From contig QPMI01000572.1 in assembly GCA_004431415.1 (NCBI GenBank), positions 186,001-250,000 of the forward strand: 64,000 nt of DNA, read 5' to 3'. Shown in pieces: positions 48,753 through 62,200 of this stretch. The translations under genes were made by a program, and so were the position numbers. Below the pieces are notes generated by a model, which worked only from the letters and a program-made list of their open reading frames with translations, searched no databases and was not told the DNA's origin. Source of the stretch: Cyanophora paradoxa CCMP329 (Eukaryota > Plantae > Glaucophyta). The first letter of the stretch is position 1. Each line of letters starts with the position of its first letter.

Positions 48753-51700
48753 CTAGCCCATGGCGAGGAGCTCCTGGCGCTGGCGCTCCAGTGTCGCCTC
48801 CGTCTCCGCGATGCGCGCCTCCGCCGCCGCCAGCTCCACCTGCCGGCACGCCGGCGCGCATCTTAGGGGAAGGACGCGGGGCGGGGCTCGCGGGAGGGGG
48901 GAGGGGGAGGGGGGGGGGAGCGAGGGGGTACCTTGAGCTGCGCGATGGCCTCGTCCTTCTTGGCGACGGTCTGCCGCACCCGCGCGTGCAGCTGGTCCAT
49001 CTCCGCAGACTGCGGGGGTACAACAGTAAGCGACGGGGGTATAGGGGTCGCGGAGGGGGTACACGCCTGCCGGGCCCGGAGGTCGGCGATGGCGGCGTCG
49101 TGTCCCTCGGCCCGCGCGCGCCACGCGGCCACCTGCCCCCCGCCCCCCCGTCAGGGGGGTACGCGGATTGGAATATGCGGGTACCGACCTCGCCCTCGAG
49201 GGCCTCGGCGCGGCGCGCCGCCTCGTCCAGACGCGCGGCGTACCCGTCCGCTGAGGGGGTACACGCAGTCGGAGGCGCGGCGGGGCGGGGTGCGGCGGCG
49301 AGGAGGGACGGGGGCGCACCGATGCTGCGCTCGCGCCGGGCGAGCTCGGCGTCCCAGCCCGCGGCCCGCTGCGGTCGGCCCGGTGAGATGGGGGAAGGAG
49401 AGGGGGGTACGCGGGCGCACGTGCTCGAGGGCCGAGAGGCGGGCCCCCGCGGCCGCCAGCTCCGCTCGGGCCTGAGGAAGGAGCGGCCCCTCGGATCGAG
49501 CGGCGCGGATCGACTCTCTCGGGGGCCCCGGGGGGTACGCACCTCCTCGAGGGCGGACTCGGAGCGGTGGGCGCGCTGCTCAGCGGCCTCGCGCGCCGCC
49601 GCCGCCGCCGCCAGCTGCTCCCCGAGCGCCCGCTCCGCCTCCGCGTGCTGGCCCCGCCCTCAGCCCAGGCGCCGCCGGCCGCCCCGGCCGGGAGGGGGCA
49701 CCTGGCGGAGGGCGGCGGCGTGCTGCTCCTTCGCGGCGGCGGCGCGGCGCTCGGCGTCCCGCGCGAACGACGTCTGCGGGCCGGGCGCGCTTGAGAACAA
49801 ACGAAGGAACAAACGAGCGGGCGGGCGGGCGGGCGGGCGGGCGGGCGGGCGGGCGGGCCTGCTGGGCGGCGCTCTCCTCCTCGAGCTTGCGGACGAGGGC
49901 CTCCACCTCGGCGTCCCGCTGCCGCTCGCACGCCTCCCGCATCGCCCGCTGCCCCCGGCGTGAGCGAGCCCAGCGCGATGCGGGCGGAGGCGGGCGGAGG
50001 CGGAGGTGCGCGGCGCGCCTCCTTCTCCTTGAATTCGCGCTCGAGCTTGGCGGAGAGGTCCTTCGCCCACTGCTCCCGCTCGATCCCCGCCTTCTCCTTC
50101 GCCCCCGCCAGCTGCGCCCCGCACCCTCTGAGTCGAGGCCGAGGAGGGGAGGGGGGGGGGGGGGGGGGGGGGGAGGGGGGGGGAGGGGGACCTCGGCGGC
50201 GTGGCGGCGGAGGATCTCCTCCTGCGCCCGCGCCGCCTCCGCCCGCGCCGCCGCCACGCGCTCCTCCCCCTCCTGCCGCGCCCGCTGCGCGCGCTCAGGT
50301 GAGGACGGGGGGGAGGAACGAGGGGGGGAAGAGGGCACCTGGAGGCCTCGTCGAGGCGGGTCTTCTCGGCGCGGCGGGCCGCCTCGGCCCGCTGCACCTC
50401 CGCCTCCGCCTCCCCCTGCACCCGCAGCCGCTGCGTCGCCAGCTGCGCGAGCGAGTCACTCAGCGGCCGGAGGGCGGGGCGAGGGCACGCGGCGGGGGCG
50501 GGGGCGGGGGCGGGCGCCTGCTGGTCGTAGCGCTCGGAGAGCTCGCGGGCGCGGCTCCGCGCCGCCTCCCGCTCCCGCTCCACTTCCCTGTTCGAGGCGG
50601 CATGTTCGGAGGGGCCCGAGGCAGGCGAGGCCGACGGGGCGGGGGCGGGGGCGGACCGGTCCTTCTCCTCCCGCAGGCGCTCCTTCACGCGGACCTGCGA
50701 AGGGGGGTGGGCGGGCGCGTGAGCTCGCCCACCAGAGCTTGCGACGCGGGGCGCACGAGCTCGGCCTCGTGGATGGCCTGCAGCTCCTCCCGCTGCCGCC
50801 GCGCCTGCCCGAGGGCTCAGAGGCCGACGAGGGGGAGGATGAGCGGGGCGGGGCACCTCCTCCTTGAGGCGCTCCTCGACGCGGCGCATCTCCCCCTTCT
50901 GCTTCTGCGGCCGGCCTCGCACGGCGCGGAGGGGCGGGGCGGGGCGGGGCGGGGCGGGGCGGGGCGGGGCGGACGGAGAGCATGTGCTGGATCTCGGGCT
51001 CGAGGCCCTTGCACGTGATCTCCTTGATCTCCTTCGTCTTCTGCTCCATCCACGCCTCCCGCTTCACCTGCGCGCAGAGTCGGCACCCGGGTCGGGCTGC
51101 TTCTCGGGGGCCCGGCCCCGCCCCGGACCTTCTCCTGGGCGGCCCACTGCTCGCGCTGCTTCTTGAGCTCCCGGGCGTACTGCTCCTCTCGCTCCTCCGC
51201 CTTTGCCTTGTACTTCTTCTCGATGGCCCCCAGCTGCTCCGTGATTGCCTCGCACTTCCCGCTCAGCTCGTTCTGCGCCGCCCCCGCCGTGAGAGGAAGG
51301 CGAGGGAGGAACGAGGGAGGGAGGGGAGAGGGGCGAGCCTTGTCGGCGAGGAGGCGGTCGACGAAGGCGAGGTGCCGGGCGATCGTGCTCTCGTAGTGCT
51401 CCCGCTGCCGCTCCGCCTTCCCCGCCTCCTCCTCCCGCCTGCCCGCAGCGGCGCGTGAGGCGCGGGCCAGAGAGCGCGGGGCGGGGCGGAGGAGGGCTGC
51501 GCGGACACGCGGGCGACGAGGTGCGCCTCGCGGGCCTTGGCCTGCGCCATCGCCGCGTGCGCCCGCGCCAGCTGCTCGCTCTTCTCCTGCAGCTCGGCCT
51601 TCAGCGACCGCATCTTCGCCTGCTCGCGGCGCGGGTGAGCGTCGGAGGGCGACGAGGAGGAGGAGGAGGAGGAGGAGGGCGGCCGGCGCGGACCTTGACG

Positions 51701-53264
51701 CCGTCGTAGACGCTGGCGGCGAGGATGGAGGGCGTCCCCGCCGAGGGCGGCGGCACGTCCGCCGACGAGGCGGCCGAGCGCGTGCTGTCCGCCGGCGTCG
51801 ACGGCACGTCCGCCGCCGAGCGCACCGAGCGCGTCGAGCGGGAGGAGGCAAGGGGCGTGAAGTCGGGCCGGGGCGGCGCGCCGAAGCCTGCGGACGGCGG
51901 CGGGGGCGGGCCGGGGCGGCCGGAGGCGGCGGCGGCGGCGGCGGCGGCGCCCTGGTGGAGAGGGAGGTGAGGGTGCTGTCCGCCGACGTCTCGACCTCCT
52001 CCAGGTACCGCAGGATGGAGCTGAGCTTGTCTCGCGACATGCGCGTCCCCGCCGCCCCGGCCCCGCCGACGCCGACGCCGACGCCGGCGGGCCCGAGGCC
52101 GACGCCGGTGTCGAGGGCACGAGCTCGTCGGCCACGCTCGAGAGCGAGAGCGCGACCGGCGGCTCCGAGGGCAGCGGGGCGTACCGCCCCGTGCGCGGCG
52201 GCGAGGGCGCCCCGGCGGGCTCTCCGGCGCCGTGAGGGGCGGGCCGGACCGCGGCGAGGCGGCGCGGAGCGGCACGCCGGCCGAGCCCCGCCCCGAATCC
52301 TCCCGCGCGGGGCTCCATCCCGTCGCGGCGGCTGCCGCGTAGGCCGCCGCCTCGGCCGCCGCCGTCGCCGCGGCGGCCGCCTCGCGGGCGGCGGCGGCGC
52401 GCCGCTCGTTGAGCGCGCTGATGGCGTCCTGCCGCTCCTGCTGGGCCTTCTCGCGGCGCTCGCGCCGGCGCGCCTCCTGCGCGGCGCGCCGCTCGCGCTC
52501 CGCCTCCTCCTCGCGCTGCCGCTCCTGCGCCGCGCTGCGCTCCCACGCCTGCCGCCGCTCCAGCAGAGCCCGCCGCGCGGCCTCGATCGACGCCGCGCGG
52601 TCCCCGGCCTCGAGCTCGGGCGAGGCGGCCGCCGCCGGCCGCAGCGGCGGCGGCGGGGCGCCGCCGGCGCGCGCGCGGCGGAACCAGCGCTGGATGCGCT
52701 TGGCGGCGGTGTTGAGGCGGGCGAGGAAGACGAGGCGCTCCTGGAGGGCGCTGTCCGGCACCTCCTCCAGCGAGGGCCAGCCGGCGGGCGGAAGCCCTCC
52801 CGCTCCGGCTCGAAGACGCGCTTGGGCGAGACGAGCGAGACGACCCCGCGGGGCTGCGCGGCCCCGCCGTCGCCGCCCGCGCCGCCGCGACGCGCTGCGG
52901 AGTGGCCTCCGCGTCCGCGTCCGACCGCTCCGAGCGCTGGCTGCCCCACGCCAGCACGCCCCGGGCGCTCCGCCACTGGTCGCCGCCCGGTTGGGCCGCC
53001 CCCGACAGACCCGTCGGCACGGCAGCCTCGTCCCGCCTCGCCCGCCTGTCGGACGGAGGAGACATCACTCCTCGCGGGCTCTCTGCGCGGATGGCGGGAC
53101 CTCAGCCGGTGGGCGCGCGGGCGCGGATTCATACGCGGGCACCGTCGTCGCTGTACACCGGGCCGCTGGGCGCAGTCTGTGGCTGAGGCGCTGGCTGACG
53201 CAGCTTCAGGCCCCTGCGCAGCTCTGCGGAGTCGTGGATGTCCACCTGGATCTGGGAATTTCAA
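48753..53264 (-). CDS. CEP131: Centrosomal protein CEP131/AZI1 homolog
   Basis: Conserved block YESTIARHLAFVDRLLADKNELSGKCE..QWAAQEKVKREAWMEQKTKEIKEITCKGLEPEIQ, an IQ motif (AAKRIQRWFRR), SSILRYLEEVE, extensive coiled coil and C-terminal LERQRQELL. The start is approximate. Confidence 0.9.
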
Positions 53265-53734
53265 ACGCGGATCGAGGCTGCAGGCGCCCTGGCGGCCTAC
53301 CTTGCGCTGCTCACGCTCCGGTGTGGCTACTGTCCGCTTAGACTTTGGCGTGGGCGGCTTCTGCGACGCCCAGCGGGCCCGGGGTCAGCGCGCGGACGGG
53401 CTTCGCCTCTGCGAACTCGGCGACGCTAGATTGGCGACTCAAAGCAGCGCACCGATGACCTTGAGGACCCCGTGGGCGTGGGAGGGCCCCGCGGGGGCCG
53501 GGAGACCGTGCTCATCTCGCGTCTGGGGGGTACTGGCGCGAAGCTAACAAAGCGCAGCTCTCACCCCGCGAAAGACTTGCAGCCGCGCTAGAGTTTAGAT
53601 AGCATCTGGAGCGTGTGCGCACCTTAACTGGACCAAAAGCGGCGGCCTGGCCTGATTTGGTATCCGAGCGGCGGTTTAGCTATGCCAGCACCGGCGCCAC
53701 GGAGGAGGTAGCGCGAGGTTCCGCTAGCCCAGCC

Positions 53735-55415
53735 ATGAGCGACTCGGAGGACTCGGATTACGGCTCCTGCCCGCCCGCAAACGGCGGCGGCGCGCTCGGC
53801 GCAACGGTCCGAGCGTCCGGCCAGGCGGATGAGATTGTGCGGCTCATCTCTTCGCTGAGGGGGAGGAAGGACCTGTTCAGGGTGAGCTCGAGCTAGCCGC
53901 TGCTCTGCCGCCGCTCACGCCGCCCCCGCCCCCGAGCAGCCGCCCTACCCACAAGTGCCGTCCTTCCCGCCGGGCACGCCCGTGCGCGCGATGGTCGCCG
54001 GGTACCAGGCGCTCATCGAGTCGTTCGAGTACAACTTCACCGGCACGAACTACTTCAACGTGCGCCCGCCCCGCCCCGCCCCGCCCTCGCCCCCTCGCCT
54101 CGCAGCTGAGCTCGAGCGCCGCGCCGCGGCGGGGCGGGGCGCAGGTGAGGAAGGACCGGGGGCTGGGGCGCGTGCTGGAGACGGCCCGCGAGATCATACG
54201 GGACGCCCTTCCCATCAAATGCGTCGAGGGAGTCTTCCTCGGCATGTGCGGCCCCCTCCGGCCCCGCTCAGCCCAGCCAGGGCCTGTCCTGGGCCCCGAA
54301 CGAGCGCCCCCGCCCCGCCCCGCGCGCAGCTTCCTGACCCACGACATAACCGACCTGGAGCGGTACCCCATCGGCTTCAAATCCTCCATCGACGGCCAGG
54401 TCTACAGGTGGGACCCCGCCCGCCCCCCGCCCCTCCCCCCGCCCCGGCCTCACTGGGCGGGGCCATCGTTCTGGCCAGGCACATCGTTCTGGCCATCAAG
54501 CACGACGGCAAGTGGGGCGCCATGGGCCTCAGCAGGAGGAGGGACCTCATGTACAAGGAGATCGCCTTCAAGGTGCCCCCGTACCCCCGCCCGCATTGCT
54601 CTCCCCCCTCCTCCTCCCCCCCCCCCTAACAACGCCTTGGCAGAGCCTGGGGGATCTCCTGCTCGACTTCAAGAACTCCTACGAGGCCTGTGCGTCGCCG
54701 TACCCCTAGACGCACTCCAGATGTCGCGGCTGCCGTTCCACGCGCGCTAACGTACCCCCCAGGCTTCCACCAGGTGAAGAAGATCCGCGTGGGGCTACCC
54801 ATCCAGCACGGCGTGCAGTCCCCCAACGCGCCCATCTGCTGGCGGGTACAGCGACCCCCCGCGCCCCGGTCCGCCATGCAGTACCCCCTTTCTAACGGGG
54901 GCGGGGTACGCCGAGCAGTACTTCAGCGTGCGGCCGGCGAAGGAGCCGTGGGCGGAGATCGATTTCGTCGTCTCAGAGTTCTCGCGCCAGTCCCAGCGCC
55001 TCGCGGAGGCCTGGCACCGCACCTCCCAGGCGCGTACCCCCACCCCCACCCCCTTTCGAAGAAGCGCGCCGTACCCCTGACGCGCGGCACGCCCCTCCAG
55101 GTGCTCTCGGTGCAGGAGTTCGCGTACAAGAGGGCGGCGCCGGCGCCCTCGCCGGCGCGGCCCTCGCGGGAGTCGGCGAGCCCCGTGAAGAGCCGCGGCC
55201 CCGCCGCCCCCGCCGCCAAGTGCGCCCCCCGTCCCCTCCTCCCTGCCTCGGTTCTGACGCCGGCCGGCAGACCGGCGGCGGCGCCGGCCGGCGGCCGCTC
55301 GCCTCCGCCGGGGCCCCGCAGGCCCTCGGGCTCGTGCACCGCCCCGGGGCAGGCGGGGGCGGCGGGAGCGGGCCCCGCGGGCGGCGCCCCGCGGGCCGCC
55401 TTCCTCGCCGTGTAG
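53735..55415 (+). CDS. VASH: Vasohibin-family tubulinyl-Tyr carboxypeptidase
   Basis: FEYNFTGTNYFNVRKDRGL, ALPIKCVEGV (catalytic Cys), RYPIGFKS, YRHIVLAI (His), WGAMGLSRRRDLMYK and HQVKKIRVGLP. Confidence 0.94.
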
Positions 55416-56280
55416 GCCCCCGAGGAGAACGCGCGCGGGTCTTTGAGAAAGCTGAACGCTTGTCTTGCTCTTTCGTGCCCTCGCTTCGATCTTGCAATCA
55501 CTGCCGCGACCGTGTCCATCTACGTTTACGTATTGAGTTTAATCCAACACTAGAAACTTAAGCTTAGTGAAGTCGTCTCGCCGTATTTCAAGTTTTCTAC
55601 AATCGATCTCGGCATCTCGCAGTCTAGATCTTGTCAATCGTGAATGAATGAGTCATGATCAGTGAATTGAAATCCACACGCGCATGTGCGCAGGGCCCAG
55701 TGACAGGGGCTACTAGGCTAGCGCCGCGGCGCTAGGGTAAATCAACAGTACAGGCAACTAGTACTGCAATTCGAAATCCAAGTACACTTCCGAAGTTCGT
55801 TCAATTCTGCGAGTGACTCCTACGTAAACAGGGCGACACGCACGAACAAACATGCACACAGGCACACAGGCACCCCCGATCCTCTCATGATCGCGCTGCG
55901 TTCGGGGCACCTGCAACAAGCCTCGGCCATCCATCTCTCGGGAACGGGAGCGAGGGCGTCGCCGGAAATGGTACACCAATCGGCCGAGGAGCGCTGGGAA
56001 AAAGCGAGGGAAGGGAATCACAGAAAAACGCGGGGCCATGGCCATACCTTGCGCAAGCTTAAGCACTACCTCGCGAAAACCTAACATGGCCTAAACTGCT
56101 AGCTTCTCCAGGCCTCCGTCTGCACTATACCGACATAGGGGCGGGGGCACCCGTGAACTACGCGCCTCCGCGTCGGATCCGATATCGACGCGCGAGGCAG
56201 CCGGGGCCCCGTCAAAAATACCACCATGGCCAGGCCGTGCGGGGTCGCTCCCGGCCGAATATAAGCTGCAAACTAGACTA

Positions 56281-59200
56281 CTAGCGCGCCGCGCCCCTCC
56301 CGGGCTCGGCTTCCGTCCGCGCCCGCTTGTGCGGCGAGGTCGGCCCCTCCTGGCGCAGCGGACGAGAGGCAGGCTCAGCGGCTAAGCGGGGGAGCTCGAC
56401 AATAGGACGGACCGGGGCGCGCGGGCTCTCGCCCTCGCCGGGGGCGAAGACGGCGCTCGACTCGTCGCGCTGCTCCTTGTTGTGGCTCCCCCACGTGTCG
56501 ATCATCTCCAGCACCTTGGAGCGCTGCGCCGGCCTCAGGCGGGCGGGCGAAGGAGAAGGAAAGAGAGGGGAGAGCAAGAGAAGAGGGGCGGACGGCGACG
56601 GGCTTGGTGGTGAAGTCGTCGGCGCCGGCGTCGAGGCAGCGGCGGCGGTCCTCCTCGGCCGCGAAGGCCGTCACGGCCACGATCGGGTGCCGCGGCACGC
56701 CCCGCTCCCGCTCCACGCGCCGGATCTCCCGCATCGCCTGGTGCCCGTCCCTGCCCGCCCCGCCGCTAAGAAAGGAAAGGAAAGGAAAGGAAAGGAAAGA
56801 AAAGAAAAGGAGAGGAGGGCACATGACGGGCATCTGGACGTCCATGAAGATGAGGTCGACGGCCCGCCGGTCGCTCGCCAGCTCGATCCGCCGCATCAGG
56901 AAGTCCAGCGCCTGAAAAGGCGGAGAGGGGTCAGCCGCGAGGGGCGGGCGTGCGGGGCGGGGCGGGCGGGGCGGGCGGGGCGGGGCGGGCGGGGCGGGGC
57001 GGGCCTGGGCGCCGTCGGCGGCCTTGCTCACGCGGTGGCCGGCCCGCTCGACCATGCCCGTCAGCACGCGCATGTTCATCGGGTTGTCTGCGGCGCAGGC
57101 TTGCTCAGCGGGACCCGTCGGCGGCGGGCCGGGGGGCGGGCGCGGGCGGGGCCGCACCCTCCACGATGAGGACGTGGCAGGGGTTGGTGCAGGGCGCGGG
57201 GGAGGCGCTGAGGCTCGGGGCGGCGGGGACCGGCGGCCGCGGGGCCGGCGTCGGAAGCGGCGAGCGGCACGCGCTGCAGCGCTCTGCGGGGCCCCGCGCT
57301 CAGAGGGGCGCGCTCGCGGGGAGAAAGAAAGAGCGGGGAAGGCAAGCACCGGCGCCCCACTCGGCCTCGACGGCCTGGGAGATGCAGTTGAGCAGGATCT
57401 CGCGGGAGAGCGGCTTCGTCAGCTGCCGCGCCGGCCGTCAGCGTGGGGCGGGGGCCGGCGCGGCGCGCGGGGCCCGAGCCGAGCGGAGCGGGCGGACCCG
57501 TGCGTCCATGCCGGCCTCGAGGCAGCGCCGCTCCTCCTCCTCGCCCGTGTGGCCCGTCAGCGCCACTCTGCGCGGCCACGGCGCTTGGACGGGAGGGGCG
57601 GGCTGCGAGGGGGGTACGCGGACATCTTGTGCCGGGGGAGGCCGGCGGCGCCCTCGAGGGCCCGGATCTCCTGCGTGGCCGTCAGCCCGTCCTTCCGCGG
57701 CATCTCCATGTCCCTGTACCCCCGGCAGGGGAGGGCGTTAGGCGGGAGGGGGGGGGGGAATGCGGGGGGGAGGGGGAGGGGTATGCACATGAAGACGATG
57801 GTGAAGAGGGGCTTGATCTTGCCACACTCGGAGCAGGGCTGGCCCATCCGCTCCATCGCCGTCTGCGGGGGCGGATCAGAAAAGGAGGAAGAAGAAAGGA
57901 GATGGGCCCCGCGGGGATTCGAACCCGGAAGGCGTCGACGGCCTCGGCGCCGTCGGCGGCCTGCATGAACTGGACGTCCGCCTTCTCGAGCATGGCGCGC
58001 ATCACGCGCATGTTCGTCGCCTGCGCGGACGTCGGCTCCGGCGGGGAGGGGGGGACAGGGGGGTACAGCACACGCACGTTGTCCTCGACGACGAGGGCGC
58101 GCACGACGACGCCGCCCCAGCGGAGGGCCGGGCCGCCCTCCGTCCCGACCGAGAGCCGCGGGGAGGCCGAGGGCCGGGGCGAGCCCGAGGCCGGGGACGA
58201 GGTGCCCGACAGGGAGGCGCGGGCCGGGGGGCAGAGCCCGAGGGGGCTCATGCGGGCCCCCGAGAGGGTCAGCCGCGGCGTCGCCGTCGCGTCCGTGTCG
58301 ATATCCAGGGGGATGCAGAACCAGAAGGTGCTCCCCTCCCCGTACACGCTGTCGCACCCCAGCTCCCCGCCCCACCTGCCCCGCCCCGCGCCGCCCCGCC
58401 CCGTCAGCCGGCGCGCCGCGGGGCGCGCCCCGCTCGCTCCCCCGCTCGCCTCTCGACGATCTCCTTGCAGATGGCAAGGCCCTGCGCGGCGGCGGTGAGG
58501 CGCGGGGCCGGCGAAGAAGGAAAGGGGCGGGCGCGCCAGGCCGGTGCCGCCGGGGTCGTCGTGGCTGCTGCGGTCCCCGTGCACGCGGTGGAAGCGCTGG
58601 AACAGGCCCGTCCGGTCCTCCCCCCGGATCCCGGGGCCTGCCCCCGCCCCGCCCCGCTCGCCCCGCCCCGCCCCGCCTGGGGCCGGCGGAGGGAGGCGCG
58701 CGCGCGCACCCGTGTCTTGCACCTCGAACCGCACGCGCCACGTCTGCCGGGGCCGCCGCGCCGCGCGTCAGCGGGGCGCGCCCGGCCCGGCACCCCCCCA
58801 CCCCCGCGAACAACTTGCCTCGGCGGTACGGGAGAGGACCCAGACGCGGACGCGGACCTCGCCGGCCGGCGTGAACTTGACCTATCGAACAGTTACGCGC
58901 TGAACGAGCTATAATTATTTACGGGGAGCAGGTACCGCGTTGGACAGATAGTTCAGAAGGACCTCTGGGGGGAGGAAGCCGGCTCAGCAGGGGGAGGGGG
59001 GATGAAGCGAAGGGGGGTACGCACGCTGGAGGCGCTCGGGGTCGGAGAGGAAGCGGGGGAGGGGGGCCCCCAGGGGCAGCTCGAGGACCATCGGAAGGCC
59101 CTTCTCCCGCGCCTGCCGCCCCCCAAAGTTCAGAGGGGGCTCCGAAGTGGAAAGGCGGGGCGAAACAAGCTCGCCCGAGGGGAGACGATGGCGAGGCAGG

Positions 59201-62200
59201 TGCGGATAGAGGCCTCGATGTCGAGGGGTACGCGCGAGAAGGTGATCTTCCCCGCCTCCAGCTTCGAGATGTCCAGCACGTCGCTGCGGGGGGGGGGTAC
59301 GCGTTACGGGGGAGGGGAGGGGGACAGTTGGGATGCAGGACGGCCGCACTCTGCGCGGCGGGGCGTCAGCCGCGGAAGGGGCGGGGGCTGGTACATGCGC
59401 GCAGGGAGAGGGCGGGGGGTACGGTACGCACTGATGAGGGAGAGGAGGTGCTCCCCAGAGACCATCGCCCTGCGGGGGTACGGCGTTCGGCTTAGAAGAG
59501 GGGGGCTCCCCGCGCCCCGCTCCGAGCCGCGTACCCGGCCAGGCACTCCTCAAGCTGCTGGGGCAGTTCGAAGTCCTTCGCGAGCTGGAGCATGCCTGCG
59601 GGGGTACAGGATTGGCATGGAGGAACGGGGCGGCGATGCGGGGGTACGAGAACGACGAACCGAGGATGCCGTTGAGCTGGACGGCGCAAGCGGCGGAGCG
59701 CGGTCAGCAGGGGCGGGGGCGCGCGGGTCGTGCGGGCGGGCGGGCGGACCGGCGTTCGCACTGAGCGGGCGGGCGGGCGGGCTCTCGTCAGCGGGTACGG
59801 CGCGATTCGATCAGAAGGGGGGTACGCGGTGCGGGGACGCACTCTCGTGGGACATGGTGGCGAGGAACTTGCGGGCCTCCTCGGCCCGGATCTCGGCCTT
59901 CATCTTGCTCTTCCGCTCCGTCAGGTCCGTCTGCGCGCGCCGCACCCGACGCGTCGGGCCCCGGATCCGGAGGACGGGGGCGCAGGCTGGCACGCACGCC
60001 GATGCCGACGATGCCGACGATGGCGCCGGACTCGTCGATGCGGCTCGCCACCCGCAGCAGGATGTCCAGGCCCTGGGCCGGGGGGATCAGACGGCTGGGG
60101 GGTACGATGCACGGCGACCGCGGGCGCGGGTGCGGGGGGGCGGACCCCGCCGGCGCCGGCGGTGCCGCGCGTGGAGAACTCGAGGTCGCTCATCTGCTCC
60201 CCGCGGGCGGCCGCCCTCAGCGCCGCGTAGACCTCCCCCTGCCTCGACGGCTCCCTGAAGGGGGAGGGTGTGTGTGAGCCGTTTCAGGGGTACGGCGTAT
60301 TCTTGGCGGCGCGCGGGAGGGGGGTACGCACACGACGAGGGAGACGAAGTCGCGGCCGCGGACCTCCGCGGCCGATATGTGGAAGAGCTCCTCGCTCTTC
60401 GGGTTCCACTGCGGGCGGGGGAGTTTCAATATCAATTCCGAGAGAGCGGAGTACGGGGTTAATCCGGGGCCCCGTGCACCTCCGTCACGCGGAGCTGCGT
60501 GTCGCAGGCGAACACGGGCACTGTCACCGCCGAGATCATCTTCTGCAGATCTGTGTACCCGGGGGCGCGCTCAGGGTGGTACGGCGGAACGCAGGGGCAG
60601 CGCGAGGTCTCGCCTTGCGTCACGCATCGCAGCTGCACGGGGGCGGGGTGTCAGCGATTGGAGCAGACGGCAGCTAGGCCGAGGAGCGGCGCACCCGCTT
60701 GTTGCTGATCCCCAGCTTTTCGTTTAGGGTCCACACGCTCAGCTGAGGGTGTTGGGGGGGGGTGGGGGGGGGGGGGTGGAGACCGCGCTCAGCCGAGGGG
60801 GGGGGGGGATCGAAGGCGAGGGGGGTACGGGCGCGCCAGGATGTTGACGGCGGCGCAGTCGTCCTCGCGGAAGGGCTCGCTCTGGCCCTTCGTGTACTCC
60901 ACCCAGAGCTCTGCCCCCGCCGCCGAGCGCGCTCGGATCGGGGGAGGCGACGCAGGGCGGGGCGGGCGGGCGGACCGAAGCTGTCGCGGGGGGTGAGGGG
61001 CACGCCGGCCCTGTGCGCCCTGACCTCCCGCTCGGCGCCTGCGCCGGCCAGACGGGCGGGGCCTCCCTCAGCGAAGAAGAAGAAGGAGAAGAAACGCGAA
61101 CGAAGCGCACCGGCCCACTTGCGGGCGCGGGCGACCTCGTCCCTGAAGAACATGATCATCGTGTCGTTCGCCGCGCGCTGCAAGGGCGCGGGCCGCGTCA
61201 GGAGGCAGGAGGGGAGGGGTAGAGGGGCACACACCGCGACGAGGATGCCGCAGAGCTCGGGGGGCCGCTGGATGGTGGCCGGCAGCTCCCGCTTCCACTC
61301 GCTCGTCCACCAGATCTGCCCGCGCGGACGACGCTCAGCGAGGCCGACGGGGCCGACACGAGGCGGGGCGGCGCGGGGGCGGGGGCGGGGCAGCGGGGCA
61401 CCTGCTGCTCCCGGACACGCTCGCAGAGGTGGCGCCAGATGGCGACGATCTCGAAGGCGCGGGGCACGCGCCCCACCGAGCGGACGTTGGCGGCCGTCCC
61501 GCCGACGATGAGGGCGGCGCCCGCGCAGTTGATGAGGTCCGAGATGTTGGGCTTGCCACCCACGAGGACGTCCAGGAACGAGGCGGCCTCGTCCGGCACC
61601 GAGGAGAGCATCTGCGGGGGGCGAGGCGACGCCGTCAAAGAAGGGAAAGGGGGCGGGGACGGGGCGCGGACGCGGGCGTGGAGGTCCCGGGCGCGGAGCT
61701 CGTTGAGGCGGATGGAGCGCTCCATCACGTACGCGATCTGCGACGACATCGCCTGCTCCCCCGCCCCAGTCAGATCTGATCTGATCTGGGGGGGAGGGGG
61801 CGGGGGCGGGCCTGGACGAAGGCGTTGAAGGCGAGGCGGAACTTGTAGGACCAGTAGCGCGTCTCGTCGGCCTGGTGGCAGACGACGAGGCCCCAGAGGC
61901 GGCTCTCCACCACGATCGCGTTCACCAGCGACGCCCGCGTCCGCATGTTCTTCATGTCTGCCAGCCAGCACGCCCGCCCCGTCGGCCCGGGCGGGTCGGG
62001 CCCCGAGGGCGAGGGCGGGCGCACATTGCCTGTGGCAGGGGCTCACGCCCCGCAGGATGCTCTGCTGCAGGTCCAGCTGCGACTCCCCCGGGGCCGCCAG
62101 GATCGCCACCGGCTCTGCCCCCGCGCCCCCTCAGGTCGGGACGCCGGCCCCCCGGGGCCTCGGCGGAGGGGGGGGGGTACCGTAGGCGAAGTCGGGGATC

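Noticed and set aside
55758-56087. Short ORFs between VASH and the phytochrome
   Set aside because: No homology or splice context was recognised, so this is probably UTR or intergenic sequence.
57905-57930. B-box-like GGTTCGAATCCC on the - strand
   Set aside because: It is the exon/intron junction (FR|gttcga) of the phytochrome gene, with no tRNA structure around it.
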